Assembly (NCBI RefSeq): GCF_009914755.1
Contig: NC_060948.1
Length of the DNA stretch: 64,000 bases
Origin: the human T2T-CHM13v2.0 reference genome, Homo sapiens
Strand: one strand, 5' to 3'
Made by a program: the position numbers and the translations under genes. Below are positions 35,325 to 48,598 of this stretch, piece by piece. Below the pieces are notes generated by a model. It ran no database searches, was not told the DNA's origin, and saw nothing but the letters and a program-made list of their open reading frames with translations. Position 1 is the stretch's first letter. Each line of letters starts with the position of its first letter.

Positions 35325-38300
35325 TCAAGGGAAATCAGAGAGTTACAAATATAATTAACAACAGTATTCTGTACAGATATTTAATTGAAAATGTGAAATT
35401 ATGTTAGTTTATATGTTTCTCTCTGTGAGTATATTTTTTGGTACATTGCAGGAGTTTCTAGCTAAACTCACTGTTTAAAAGGACAGATCTTTATTTGTCC
35501 TGTGGGATCTATGTAAAGAGGAGAGTTTCCTTTTTAAAAACACAGACTTTTGTTAATTTATTTAACTATTGTATTGGCAGAATAAATAAATATTTTTAAA
35601 ATTTTTTTAAGCAACCACTACTGTTATGAAACGTTAAGTCAATCTTTTCTTTCCTTGTGGTTAATGTATATTTCCAAATATATAAGACGGCATGCAATAA
35701 AAATTATTAACTTGCCATGAATATTGTATTTCTGGTCCAGAGATGTTTTTTGAAGTATATGCACGTCTTCATACATAGAGCTATTTCCTCTTCTTCTTCT
35801 TCTTCTTCTTCTTCCTCTCCTCTTTTTTTACAGAAATGAGAATATAAAATATACAATATAGTTATTTGTTTTTTACTTAGTGACACACCTGTCAATACAT
35901 GAAGATCTGTTTATTTCTGTTCTGTGCTACATAACTTGGCATTCAATGTACTCTAATTTATGCAGTCCACATCTAAGATGGATTGATGTGTAAGTTGTGT
36001 TCAGTTTTATAAGATAGAGAAGATTTCTAGTTCTCACAGGGATTTTAAATACACCGCCTAATTGACTTTATCTCATAATAAAATGAATATAAATTAATCA
36101 TCACTATGTAATGAGGAAAAAAGCAGATATTTATGTGAAGATTATAGTTTTTAGGTTTGAGAACAATAACTTGTATGCAGTGCTCAGTTTGAACTGAGAA
36201 AACTCTAATGTCCTATTTATATAAATTTCTGATGACATTGTATTGAATACACTTATTTTAAGTACAAAAGTTTTTCAATCAGTTAACACACAATGATTAA
36301 AGTTAAGTCTGTGTTAGCACTTGGAAATTTAATATTATACCACCTTATATGACTTTTTCAAATAAAACTGTTACAGAAGCAATGCCATTAAAAATGCAGA
36401 ATTAAGATATCTCTAGTTAATGGTGCATATATTGGATCATGTTTCTGATGATATAAAAATTTAAGGTACCATTTGAAGAGTGCTGTGTTAGCCTGATAAA
36501 GTGAATTTCCCAGCCTGATTAGAAGAACTATGGACAGAGTCATCATTTTTGTAGCATAAGCATAGTTCTTCTTCTCTGAGGTTGTGAAACACTCAGATAG
36601 TAGGAATATTTGCCCCCGATCAGACCCTGCCCACAAAAATGACTTGTGGGACTCAAAGAGGCTGGTGTGACTAGTCACATAAATTGTGTGATCTAGCAAC
36701 TATACATAATCTTAGTGGTTAGAAACAGTAGCTCTACAATTAGAAACACATGTGATGATGTAGACAATGATGGTTCAAAGATGAGTAACAAAGGTGTGAG
36801 TTAAATTTTAATTATTTATTTGTTTTTAATATTCTGATACCAGGTACTGTTTTTCTTCCTGAGATTACTGTACTTTCATGAGATTTTGTAAGGACTGCAT
36901 TTTGACAATATGGCTAGAATGTCTGAGATACTATGAATGGCATATTTTTCATGCTCACTATCTAATAACTTGAAAGTTTACTTGATAATTTTTATTATTT
37001 TTTGTTTGTTTTCAAAGTATAATTGATACAATCATATTTGTATGACATGGTAAACGCAATTCAGAATTTTAAGAATAAAAAAATATTTATTTTAATAAGT
37101 ATATTCTCATCTTGTATTTGAAGTATGCTATTTAATTTTTAACTTTAATTTTATCTGTGTTATATAAGTTGTGTTTATTTTTAGGATTTTCTGTATATTT
37201 TCCTCAAATTAGCTATTTTTCTGCTTAAGAAAAAAATCGTTTTTCAGATAATGCTACATGGACCTGTTATCAACATTATTTCACAATTACAATAAGGCTA
37301 CTAAAGGTATAAAAGCACCTGGTTGAAAATAAAAAGTATTCGGTTGATCATAAGGCAGCAAAAAGTTAGGCTTTAGTGGCAGATCACATATTTAAGATGC
37401 AGCTATTAAGTAAGTTAATACAGGAAACCTGAATTTTGGAAATGTTTACACTCAAACTGTTTACCATTCCTTTACTTTTTTCGCATAGATATTGATAGAA
37501 ACTAAAGAAAGAAATTAGAATATTTTAACTGTAGTAAACAGTTCCAAAATTTCTACATTTCTTTTCCTCAGTGGTCAGAAATAACTTTGCCTTCAAATAA
37601 CATCTTGGCACTTAAAGTTTACAGAGATTACAAAACACACACTTGCCTCTGCCTTTCTAGATATGACAGATCACACTATGCAGACATTACAACTTGGGTA
37701 ACATTCCTTTTAGTAGGATCTCATTATGGGATGTCCACTCTTACTTGGTTAACAGCCACTACTGGACAAAAAGATAGAATTTGGTTCTTGACCCTCTAGC
37801 TCGTTTTTCCTCTAGGGTTTGGAATTGAAAACTGATCGAGATGGCAAATTGTACTGGCAAGAAGCGAATGAAGTAGACAGAATATAGCATTCAAATTAAG
37901 TCCCCACCATTGTGCTTAGTTGCTTGTGCTTTATGTTGTCTCAGCCCTTTACTGTGGCATGCATGTCTGCCTAGCTACTTTTCTGTGCCATGAACTTCAT
38001 CAGGACATGAAGCAGATAATTTTTATTTCTCTGTCATAAACCTCAGATGCATACCAAAGCATAGAGAAACATGTTGCATATGTGTAAAACAGCTGTATTT
38101 TGTTCTGTAGCTACAAGGAAATTATGACCTTTGGAGCTTCTGTGTATGCTCTCGATCCTTCCACAACTACTCTTAAGGGCCATATTTATTGATTTGTAAT
38201 AATTCTCAATACATCACATAAATTATACCATGTAAATATCAAAAATGCATGATACTCACAAGAAGACACTGCATTCCAGGAGAAAAAAGTACTTAGTTCT

Positions 38301-39223
38301 TGTAAGTTATTTATGGCAGAGCACTGATTTCTTTCCAATCTTGTCGACTTGAGAAGATTGTAGTCTATTTTCTTACCTGTGAGGTATGTTATTATTTTAT
38401 TATTTCTACTGATAACTTTTCTGTATACTCTTTATGATGGTCCACCTGTGAAATAAACACTAACGCTAAACATTAAACACAGTAAGTTCTTTGAAAATAC
38501 TACAAAAATTGCGAATCATTTCATTAACTCAGTTTTGGTATATATTTCATTCAACTACTTTCACAATACTTTTAAAGATACTGCCTTTTGGCTTCTAGAG
38601 TAAGGCTCATCCTCACGATGATGTATTTAAGTATTATCATAAATGTGAAGACAAACTAGCATTAAACAAGACAGAAGATAGTAAAGAGTACAATATTGGT
38701 GTCCTAAGACAGCTTCAGGTCAATCTTTTGATTTAGCTGCTTTCTGACTACAATTCTACGTACCCAAAAGTTTTTGGAAACAGTTCAGGTAAATTATGGG
38801 TGAGTTATCATTTAATTTTGATGAAATCAACTCTACATAAACTGAAATTTTTAAATATATCTTAAAATCCATAATGCATTTGATGTTAAATATTTAAACA
38901 AAAGTAATATTATAGCTGTCTTTCTTGGTCACTTCTACTAGTATTATCCCCATAGAAAGAGACAAAAATTGTCACAGCAAAGACAGGCCATGTATTCTTT
39001 CATCACTTAAAATATAATTAAATTCTTATTATAATAAGATTTCTACTCTATATATAAACTAAACATTAAAATGTAGCCATTTCCTTGATCTAACAGTTGT
39101 CTAATGAAGTAAATCTCAATTATATAATTTTATCTCTATAAGTGTTAGAACACATCTGTAAAGATTTTCCTTAAAAAGTTGACCATGGTGCTGTCATCAC
39201 ACATAATAAAAATTATTTCATAA

Positions 39224-39320
39224 GCTTGGGCAACATGGCAAAAACCAGTCTCCACAAAAAATACAAAAATTACTCAGGTGTGGTGGTTTGAGCCTGTAGT
39301 ATCAGCTACTTGGGAAGGTA
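39224..39320 (+). mobile_element. Old Alu fragment
   Basis: gcttgggcaacatggcaaaaaccagtctccacaaaaaatacaaaaattactcaggtgtggtgg. Confidence 0.75.
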
Positions 39321-39549
39321 AAATGCCATTTCATTCACTGACTTTCGGTGTATGCTTAAAGTTCCTTCATTACTCTTTTCAAATTAGATTAGTGCATCAA
39401 TGATGTCTTTTAGTTTCTAGAGTAATGTTTATCCATGAGATTATGTATATCAAAGATCAACATTACTCAACATCAAATAAACATTTTTTCTTATCAAATG
39501 AACGTTTTCATCACTGTCAAGATAGTACCCCTTTCTAGCCCTGCAAGAA

Positions 39550-39885
39550 AATATATATATATGATAAACTTATATGTACATATATAATGTGTAACTTTAT
39601 ATAATACATATGTGTATGTGTATATATATGCATATATGTGTGTGCGTATCTATATATATATTTGCAAATATATATATACAACATATATAAATGCAAGCTT
39701 GTGCCAGGCACGTTCCTTCGCACTGGTAGTCTTAACATTTTGGGAAGCCAAGGCAGCCAGATTACTTGATTTCAGGAGATCAAAACCAGCCTGAGTAACG
39801 TGGTGATATATCATCTCTATTAAGATGCAAAAAGCTAGCTAGGTGAGTGTAATTGTCTGCACCTGTAGTCCCTGCTACCTGGGAC
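39550..39885 (+). repeat. (TA)-rich tract followed by a diverged Alu left arm (39704-39885)
   Basis: Visible microsatellite, then gccaggcacg..tttgggaagccaaggcagccagattacttgatttcaggag. Confidence 0.75.
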
Positions 39886-41429
39886 AGCTTGTTTTAGAAA
39901 CTAGAAAGAGCTATATGTTACAGTATACAGTAAAAAGTTGTGTGACAGTGTTTTATTGTCATGCATGCCACAAATTAGACCTGTTTATTGTTCTTTCAGG
40001 AAGGTAATTCATAGATATCTCAGAGGTAGAAAGAAAAAGGGATCTTCTGATTTCTGGGCTTCCTTCTGTTTCACTCACAGCAGCTCCCTTCTCTGTATTA
40101 GCATATCACTTAGATTTCTTTTAAATGTCTGCAGTGCACCTGTAATGCACTGACTCCCCATTGTATCTCTCAGTTTGAGGTTCTAGATTCCGTAGCTAAA
40201 CTGTAAACTTAGGGTTGTAAGTGTAATTTGCATACGTAATTCTTATTGAACTATTTCGGTTCTATAGCCTCACGTGTGACCAACACTCCCTTTTTCTTGC
40301 ATCAACAAGTTATTTTCATTTATTTGATCTACTCAAGACATTTTTTTTCTGAAATCTAGTCAACATTTCTGTTCTTTTTCATTCAAATTACTATAACACT
40401 ATGAGTTTCTGTCTTCAAAACTTTTACTCAATAATTTATGTGTGCATGCATCTATGTGTGATTGTTTGCAAACAATTGGCACACGGGACCTGTTTTGTGA
40501 AAGACAATTTTCTATTATCTTCACTGGAAAACCAAACCAAACAAAACCAAACAAAAACATGAAGAATATATATTTATAATTTATTTCTTTAAAATATCTT
40601 TAGGTACAAATATGAAAAATATTTTAACACTTTAAATGTGGACATTAACAGTCATCAAAATCTTCTTGAATCTTTGGTATAGTATATCCAATGGAAGGGG
40701 AAAATCCACATTGTTGTAAAATGGGATAAAATGTATGTTTTTTTCAGTTTTGAAAAAAAAAAAGATCTCATTCAACAAAACCAGAAGACATTAGAGTTGT
40801 TTGTGCTCATCCACAAAATTAACTTCTGGTTTCTCTTTACTGTTTTAGTGGTATCAGACAGGTAGTTAAGATGATAACTTGTTTAAAGGAAAATAATATT
40901 GACAAAATACAGTGACTGACTTGAGGAAAAATGATTGTTATTAAATGAATAATTTTGGATGTAGACGATCTCACAGAGGGTTCTCATCTGTCCTCTATGA
41001 TAAATTGCAATTTAATGATTGAATATTGAAGAGTTGACAGAAGAAAATATTATTCTTTTTCTATTACAGATACCTCTTCATTTTATGCGGTTACAACAGA
41101 TGTTAACAACCACGAGTAGTTTCACAAACAGATTTCATTCTTTAGGCCTAACCAGCCCATTTTACCTCTTTGGAACTTGTTTGGGAGATGGAATGAAGAA
41201 CTATCTTGGGAGACGTAAGCTAAATAACATGGATGTCTTTCTTGGCCTTCATAACTTCTCACCTCCAAGCTGTCTGCATTGCTGTGAACTTAGCTGTCAT
41301 TTAGATTGTGGTTCATTTGTAACATCATATTGCCTGCTCTTCACATCTCTGAGAAATGAAACAATTTATTTCACCCTTTCACTCTTAATGCAAACCTCTT
41401 AAAATAACTATATATAGGTCTTAATGTTG

Positions 41430-41754
41430 TATTTTATTTTATTTACTCATTTTTTATTTATTTTTGAGATAGAGTCTCACTCTGTCACCCAGGCTGGAGT
41501 GCCGTGGCCCGGTCTATGCTCACTGCAACTCCAACTTCCAGGTTCACGCCATTCTCCTGCCTCAGCCTCCAGAGTAGCTGGGACTACAGGCGCCAGCCAC
41601 CACGCCTGGCTAATTTTTTAGTATTTTTAATAGAGACAGGGTTGAACCGTGTTAGCCAGGATGGTTGGGATTTCCTGACTTCGTGATCTGCCCATCTCGG
41701 CCTCCCAACGTGTTGAGATTACAGGCGTGGGATTACAGGTCACCGCGCTCGGCC
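41430..41754 (-). mobile_element. AluY-like element
   Basis: ttcacgccattctcctgcc, accgtgttagccaggatgg; imperfect TSD aggtcttaatgtt / aggtcctaaacgtt. Confidence 0.9.
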
Positions 41755-41780
41755 AGGTCCTAAACGTTTTTTTTATAAGA

Positions 41781-42042
41781 CAGTGAGACCGGCCTGGCCA
41801 AAAGGGTGAAACTCCACCTCTGCTAAAAATATGAAAATTAGCCAGGCGTCGTGGCATATGCCTGTAAAATTAGATACTGGGGAGGCTGAGACAGGTGAAT
41901 TTCTTGAATCTGGGAGGCATATGTTACAGTGAGCGGAGATCCTGCCATTGCACCGCAGCCTAGGGGAAGAGAGCAAAACCCTATCATCTCAAAAAAAAAA
42001 AAAAAAAAAAAAAAAAGAAAGAAAGAAAGAAAAGAAAAAAAA
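41781..42042 (+). mobile_element. 5'-truncated Alu with long A/(GAAA)n tail
   Basis: gagaccggcctggccaaaagggtgaaactcc...catctc followed by A25+. Confidence 0.88.
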
Positions 42043-43209
42043 CTGTGAGAATTAAACACATTAGTGTCTGTGTGTCTCTTAGTGTATTACCTCTTCTTTA
42101 AGTGCTATAAATATCAGCTGCTATTATTGCTTATCATGTATCTTCAATTTACTCACACCAAATTCTGCTTCATAGCATAAAAGAAAACAGAACAGTAACA
42201 GTCAGATAGTAGTGGCTATATGGAACCACAAAAGCATCAGTGTCTGTGTCAGTAATCTTTTGTAATTTATGACAAATAAGTGACCTTTTACACCTACAGA
42301 TTCTGCAAACATAGATTTCTTAAAACCTAAACTGTACTCAGTGTAACAATTTAGATTTGCTTCTTATGATAAGTAATTTGTGTTTGGCTTGTAGGAGTTT
42401 TTACAAGGTATCGAATGTGTTTAATCTATTTCTTCAGTCTTCTTGTTCTTTCTTTATGAAATCATTAGATCTAATTTATATGAATGTGTTGCCTTTTTGG
42501 TTTAGTTATTTCAAGGTAAAATATTTAAGATATCTTTACCTTAGAATATTGGTTTTTAATATATGGAAATATGGAAGAGCATTTATGTATTATATTAATT
42601 ATTACTTTTTACTTAAGCAGTTTGAAATACGAGTCAGTGAAGTAATCACTAAGATTTGGCTTAACTAACAAATATTTTATTAACAGCTTGAAAATACAAA
42701 TGTTTTTGACTATATATATAATTTTTTTTGAACAGTAGAATTATTTTCTGCATGAAGGAAAAGAATTTTCTATGATTAGCATACAAATTGCCTCTATATT
42801 CATCATTACCACAGGATGTTACACCAAAAAATGTTTGTGTTCCTGCCAGTGACTGGTACATGGCTTTGGATTTCACTCATAATGTAATTATAATTGGTTT
42901 GATTGTCTATTATGCCACTTTATATTTCCTAACAGTAAAATTATTATTTCAATTTTTAAATACACGAAAAACATTTTTGCGGTAATTGTGTGAGAATTCT
43001 TGGTAAACATAAAATTCTCTAATCTAAATATGCATTTTTTAATTAAAAATTATCTCTGTCTTCAAAAAATTTGTATCATAGCTTATTCTACTTTATCATT
43101 CAGTATTAAGCTTTATCTATTCTAAACAAAATCTTTACTTATAATTTAAAAAGTGGATCAGGTTTTACATCAGATTTTGTTTCTCATGTTGATAATTCCA
43201 ATAATTTGG

Positions 43210-43615
43210 AAGGGCAAGGAAAAAAGGACAATTGAGGCCAGGAATTTGGAACAGAGTTTGGCAAAATCCTGAAACACCATCTTTATAAAAAGTTTTTTAA
43301 AATGAGAAGATGTGGTGGCTTAACACTGGTAATCTTGTCACTTAATGAGGCCAAGATGGGTGGATCACTTTAGGCCTAGGATTTGAGGCCAGCCTGAGTA
43401 ACACTGCAAGATTCTGACTCTAAGAAAAAATTAAAATAAATATATAAATTAAATAATTAGCTGAGCCTACTGGCCTTTTCTTCTAGATGTAGCTAATTGG
43501 GAGGCTGAGGAAGCAGGACGACATAAGTCCAGGAGTTGGAAGCTGCAGTTAGTGACGATGGCACCACTGTATTCATTCCAGCTGGAGCACTAGAAAATTG
43601 TCTCTTAAAAAAAGT
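43210..43615 (+). mobile_element. Highly diverged AluJ/FLAM pieces
   Basis: ttgaggccaggaatttgg; ggatcactttaggcctaggatttgaggccagcctg; gtccaggagttggaagctgcagt. Confidence 0.7.
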
Positions 43616-43849
43616 AAAATGGCTTTAGTCTTAAGTTAGTACAAATTATACAAGTATAGAGTACATTATAATAACTTGACTTCACAACTCTTTCTGCCTT
43701 GTTTTTATTAAAAGATGTTAATAAAATGTTGCTGAACTAAAAAGTGTTTGATATACATTTTCAGAGACCTACGTATACTTGCATTTTATTTACTTCTTGA
43801 CTTGACTGTGAAACTGAAGTTTCAGAGCTTTATTAGTCAATATGACATT

Positions 43850-44725
43850 TGTACTATATTTGTACATTTTCATGCACTTATAAAGACATACGCTAGACTG
43901 GGCAATTTATAAAAGGAAGAGCAGTTTATGGACTTAGAGATTTATGTATCTGCCAAGGCAAAGAGGAGCAAGTCACATCTTATATGATGGCAGCAAGCAA
44001 AGAGAGAGCTTGTTCAGGGAAACACTGATGTTTAAAGCCATCAGATCTGATGAGACTTATTCACTGTCACAAGATCAGAACAAAAAAACACCTGCCCCCA
44101 CAATATGGTTACTCCCTATCTCATCCCCCTCCACCACATGTAAAAATGTAAGATAAAATTTCGATGGGGACATAGTCAAATCATATCATTCCAACCCTGG
44201 CCCCTCCAAAATCTCAAATCCTCACATTTCAAAACCAGTCATGCTTTTCCAATAGTACTGCAATGTCTTAACTCATTCAAGCATGAACTCAATAGTCCAA
44301 AGTCTGAGATTTTATCTGAGACAAGGCAAGTTTTTTTCTGCCTATGAACCTGCAAAAATTAAAGCAAGTTAGTTACATCCTAGATACAATGAGGGTACTG
44401 GCATTGGGAAAATACAGGCATTCCAAATATGAGAAACTGACCAGAATAAAGGGATTACAGGCCCTAAGTACATCTGAAATCTGATGAGGCACTAAAAATT
44501 TAAGGCTCCAGGATGATCTTCTTTAACCTAATGTCTCATATCCAGGTCATGCTGATGCAAGAGGTGGGTTTCTATGGTCTTGAGCAGATCCCCCCATGAG
44601 GCTTTATGGGGTACAGCCTTCCTCCCAACTGCTTTCACCATCTGGCATTGAGTATCTATGGGCTTTTCTGGGCACACCATCAAGCTGTCAATGGACTAAC
44701 CATTCTGAAGTCTGGAGGATGAAAA
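43850..44725 (-). mobile_element. THE1 (MaLR) 3' LTR (43850-44188) plus 3' part of the internal region (44189-44725)
   Basis: Minus strand GGAGGGGCCAGGGTTGGAA (PPT) followed by TGATATGATTTGACTATGTCCCC (THE1 LTR start). Internal region breaks off at ~44725. Confidence 0.87.
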
Positions 44726-44726
44726 C

Positions 44727-46760
44727 CCTCATTTCCCATCCCCACGATCATCATCTATGTCACTACCTGTGTTTTCAATGGTAGAAATGCTGTTGCCGAT
44801 GACAGGGATCAGGTATAGCTGCTGGATCACAGAATGTGTTTGATAAGTAGCTCCAGCGTCTTTGAGTCCCACAAATACTTTTGTTGGGTGGGGTCCAACA
44901 GGGGCAGATAGTCCCACTCAGTAAATGTTTCACAAGCTGAGATAAGAAGAAAAAAAAAACGCTTTCTTTGAAAGAGTTATAGAAGATGGCGTAGTATTAA
45001 ATTTTCATGTGTTAAACACAGACTTAACTTTGATCATTATGAGTTTGCTCATTAAAAACTTTTGCACTTAAAATGATTGTATTCAATTCATTGCCATTAG
45101 AACTTTACATTAAAAAAATGAGAGTTTTCCCAGTTTTAATTGAGCACTTCCTTTAAGTTATTGTTCTGACTCATAAAGCTATAACTTTCATGTAAATATC
45201 TGCTTCTTTCCTCAGCAAATAATGATAATCACTTTGCCTGAACTCAGAATTTTGTTGTGAGATGAAGTCAACGAGATGGTGTGTTTAAAATTATGGTGGA
45301 AGTGTAAATTCTTCTTTATTTAGTGTAAAACTGAATACCACTTACACGTCAATCCATCTCAGTGGTGGACTGCATAAATTAGAGCACACTGAATTGCAAG
45401 TTATGCAGCTACAAACAAAATTAAATGGATCTTCATATACTGACAGACGTGTGACGAAGTACAAAACGAAGTTAACAATATAGTCTATTGTATATATTCA
45501 TTTGTGTAAAAAATAAATAAATAGCTATATATATGGATTACTGCAGGCACAGAGATAATCTCTGGAACAGGAATATAAAATTGGTGGTCAGTTAATAATT
45601 GTTAGTATATATCATCCTATATAGTGAAAATATATATAAACTATGTAAAACAGTTAGCTAAAGCATTTAACAACAGCAGTGTTTGTTTAAAAAAAACTCA
45701 TTTGCAAATATATATTTACCATGTCAATACAATCATTAAATAAATTAACAAAAAAAGTGTTTTTTAAAAGCAAGTTTTTCCCTCTACATAGATCTCACAA
45801 TGCAAATGAAGATTTGATCTTTTAAGCAGTGAGTTAGCTGGAAACTCCTACAATGTGTTAAAAAAATACTTACATGGAAATATATATATATATATATAAA
45901 ATTTCGTATTTACTAATTACAGGCCTATACTGAATATGTTTGTTAATTACATACTTAACACTTAGCTTAATCTTGAAATACACTAAGTTTTATGTTACTG
46001 TATGTTAATTTGCTTACATTACCTTCCACTTTGAGTTTCAGTTCTGTGTAAGTTTAAACATTGCTACCTTTTTGTGGAACTTATTTGGATATTTAGAAGT
46101 AATAAAGTGCACTCAAATGTTTCCTTCTAATATCATGATTTTCAAAACCATTCCTCTTTTAGAATTTAATTAAAATAACAAGCAACTTCAGTGCATACAT
46201 TTTAAATATAACATTTTATAGCATTAAGTTTGGCCCCTCGTTAATGTAACATTTCCATATTTTTTCACATATGATAAAAACAACTCATGTGTTAAGTTAC
46301 CAAAACCAGCTACAGGAAACCATTAAAGAAAGGCATCTTCTTCAAAAAAATTGTATTCTCTCACTAAAGTTCTTCTACTTACATACCTGATGACTACAAA
46401 ATGTTGGGCTAGTTGACCAAAAACAAACAAACAAAAAAAAGTGAGTTACTTCTTTTTCTAAATGAAAAAAATAGTATTTCAAACCAAAGTAAATGAATAT
46501 TAATGAATAAAATCAGATTTATAATTTAAACCACTCACTAGTTATTGCCTTGTCTGTGTCATATATTGCAGTCAAAGAGCCTACTCTCATTTTTAGATTT
46601 TTTTACGCAGTCAATAGCTGGCGCAACAAGTAGCTCAAACTAGGATTCATGGTAGTGGGTGACCTACCTCTTGGAAATGCCTGTTCTGCTGGCAGTTCTT
46701 ACTTCTTATACATTGCAGGTGAACTATTGATGCAGGGAAGAGGAAAACATAAATTAATTT
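44727..46760 (-). pseudogene. USP9Y: Unprocessed partial USP9Y pseudogene, copy B (2 exons)
   Basis: Exon 46539-46760 (FPASIVHLQCIRSKNCQQ.., frameshifted ELPAEQA exon, donor GTGAGT). Exon ~44727-44936 ([10 protein letters not shown] / [52 protein letters not shown], cf. USP9 [33 protein letters not shown]). Confidence 0.92.
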
Positions 46761-47199
46761 TAGGAAGAGAAAGTAATCATAATATTATTTGTAGAAAACC
46801 TAAATTAAGAAAAACCTGTTTTCTCAAAGAAAATACCTTTAAGTTTATTTGATATAATTAAACATCTCATTGTATCTTCAAACAATTTTGAATTTTCTTA
46901 CCAAAAAAGATCCTTAAAAAACAAACATTTATGTCAAGAAATGTAGTTTCCAAAGTAATATTTTTAAAGAAATTTCTAAAACCCCAGAGTTTTACACAAA
47001 AGAAAAATGATATTCTAAATAAACTTTCTCTTTTAATTACATATAAATGGATACACATTCATTTCCAATGAAAAGAGAATGCATTAAAATTATATTATTT
47101 TTCTTGACTTATGAGACATATGAAGAAACTCATAAACGTATGATATAGAAAATAAAGTTTTGCAACATGGATAAGTTTCTCAATTAGAAATTCATTCAA

Positions 47200-47475
47200 C
47201 TGCCAGACATCCTGACTCACACCTATAATCCCAGGACTTTCAGATGATGAGGCAGGCAGATTACTTGACATCAGGAGTTTGGGACTAGCCTGGCCAACAT
47301 GGTTAAACCCCATCACCTGTGTTGGTGCACACGTGTAATCTCAGCTAATCAAATGGCTGAGGCAGATTAATCCCTTGAAGCTCGGAAGCAGGGGTTGCAG
47401 CATGTCAAGATTGCACCACTGCACTCCAGCTGAAGACACTGTGTAAGATTCTATCCTCAAAATGAAAGAAAAGAA
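47200..47475 (+). mobile_element. Old Alu with linker deletion (paralogue of 33490-33766)
   Basis: cctggccaacatggttaaaccccatcacctgtgttggtgcacacgtgtaatctcagc. Confidence 0.85.
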
Positions 47476-47624
47476 ATTCAATCAACTGAGAATTGAAATA
47501 TACTACTTATTTACTTTTTGGTGCAGTTTGTCAAAACTCTGATTTATAGTTATTTTATAAAATCTCTTAAATAAGATGTGGCACATATTCCAAAGTTACT
47601 ATAACTGCTACAAAAATGAAAGCC

Positions 47625-48100
47625 TTTTAATTTTAATTTAATTTAATTTAAATTTATATTAAGTTTCATGATATGTATGCAGGACATGCAGATTTATTTC
47701 ACAGGTAAACGTGTGCCATGGTTGTTCACTGAACCCATTACCCCATCACCTAGGTATTTATCTCTGCATAAATTAGCTATTTGTCCTGAAGGTGTTGTTT
47801 TCCCACTTTCTTTATCCAGTCTGTCACTCATAGGCATTTGGGTTAATTCCATGACTTTGAATTTGTGAATAGTGCTGTAATACACATACACAGGCATGCG
47901 TCCTTGTAATAGAATGACTAATTTTGCAGGTGCTATACACCCAGTAATGAAATTGCTGAATCCAGTGGGATTGGGATTCTGAAAGACTAAAAGTGTGAAT
48001 CACCACACACTTTTCCACATTGTCTGTACTGATTTACATTCCAAAGAACAATGTAAAAACATTCCTATGACTGCACTAGCTCACTACCATCAGTTTTTTC
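47625..48100 (-). mobile_element. Older L1 (L1PA8-L1PB-like) 3' end with internal deletion
   Basis: tgcaggacatgcagatttatttcacaggtaaacgtgtgccatgg..ccatcacctaggtatt; cccagtaatgaaattgctgaatc. Confidence 0.75.
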
Positions 48101-48598
48101 ATGGGTATTAACTTATACGATAAAGATAGCCATCAATTTTGTTTCCACAAGACACAAACATATTTGGGCATTTCTTCCATGGGGAAAAAAAAAAGGCATT
48201 TACAATTGCACTTAATGGAAGAGGCCCAAAATGCTGCTCATCATCCTGCAATGCACAGCAAAAGCTCCTCACATAAAGAAATTTTATGAGTACAAAATGT
48301 CAAAATCAGAAATTCTGTTTCATCAGAAAGCTTTATAACACAGTGGAAGAGTGCTAACCTGAAGCCCAATGCCATGGGTTACAGAAGTATATTCTCAGAG
48401 ACTAGATGTCTGTGCAAGTAAGAGGGATAGGATGTTTCAGTGGAAATACCAGTCTTTCAACTTTAATTTCCAAAAGATTTTGAAATATAATGATTTTCAA
48501 ATAAGGTTTAAACATTCCAAATTGTAGGAGACTGAATTTTAAGTAGTTCAAGATCCAACAGAAGAAAGGCATTTAAACGCAACTAGCTATGCTCCTTT

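Noticed and set aside
41019-41402. 127-aa ORF in unique sequence
   Set aside because: Non-ATG start, no recognisable homology, and lies in pseudogene intron sequence.
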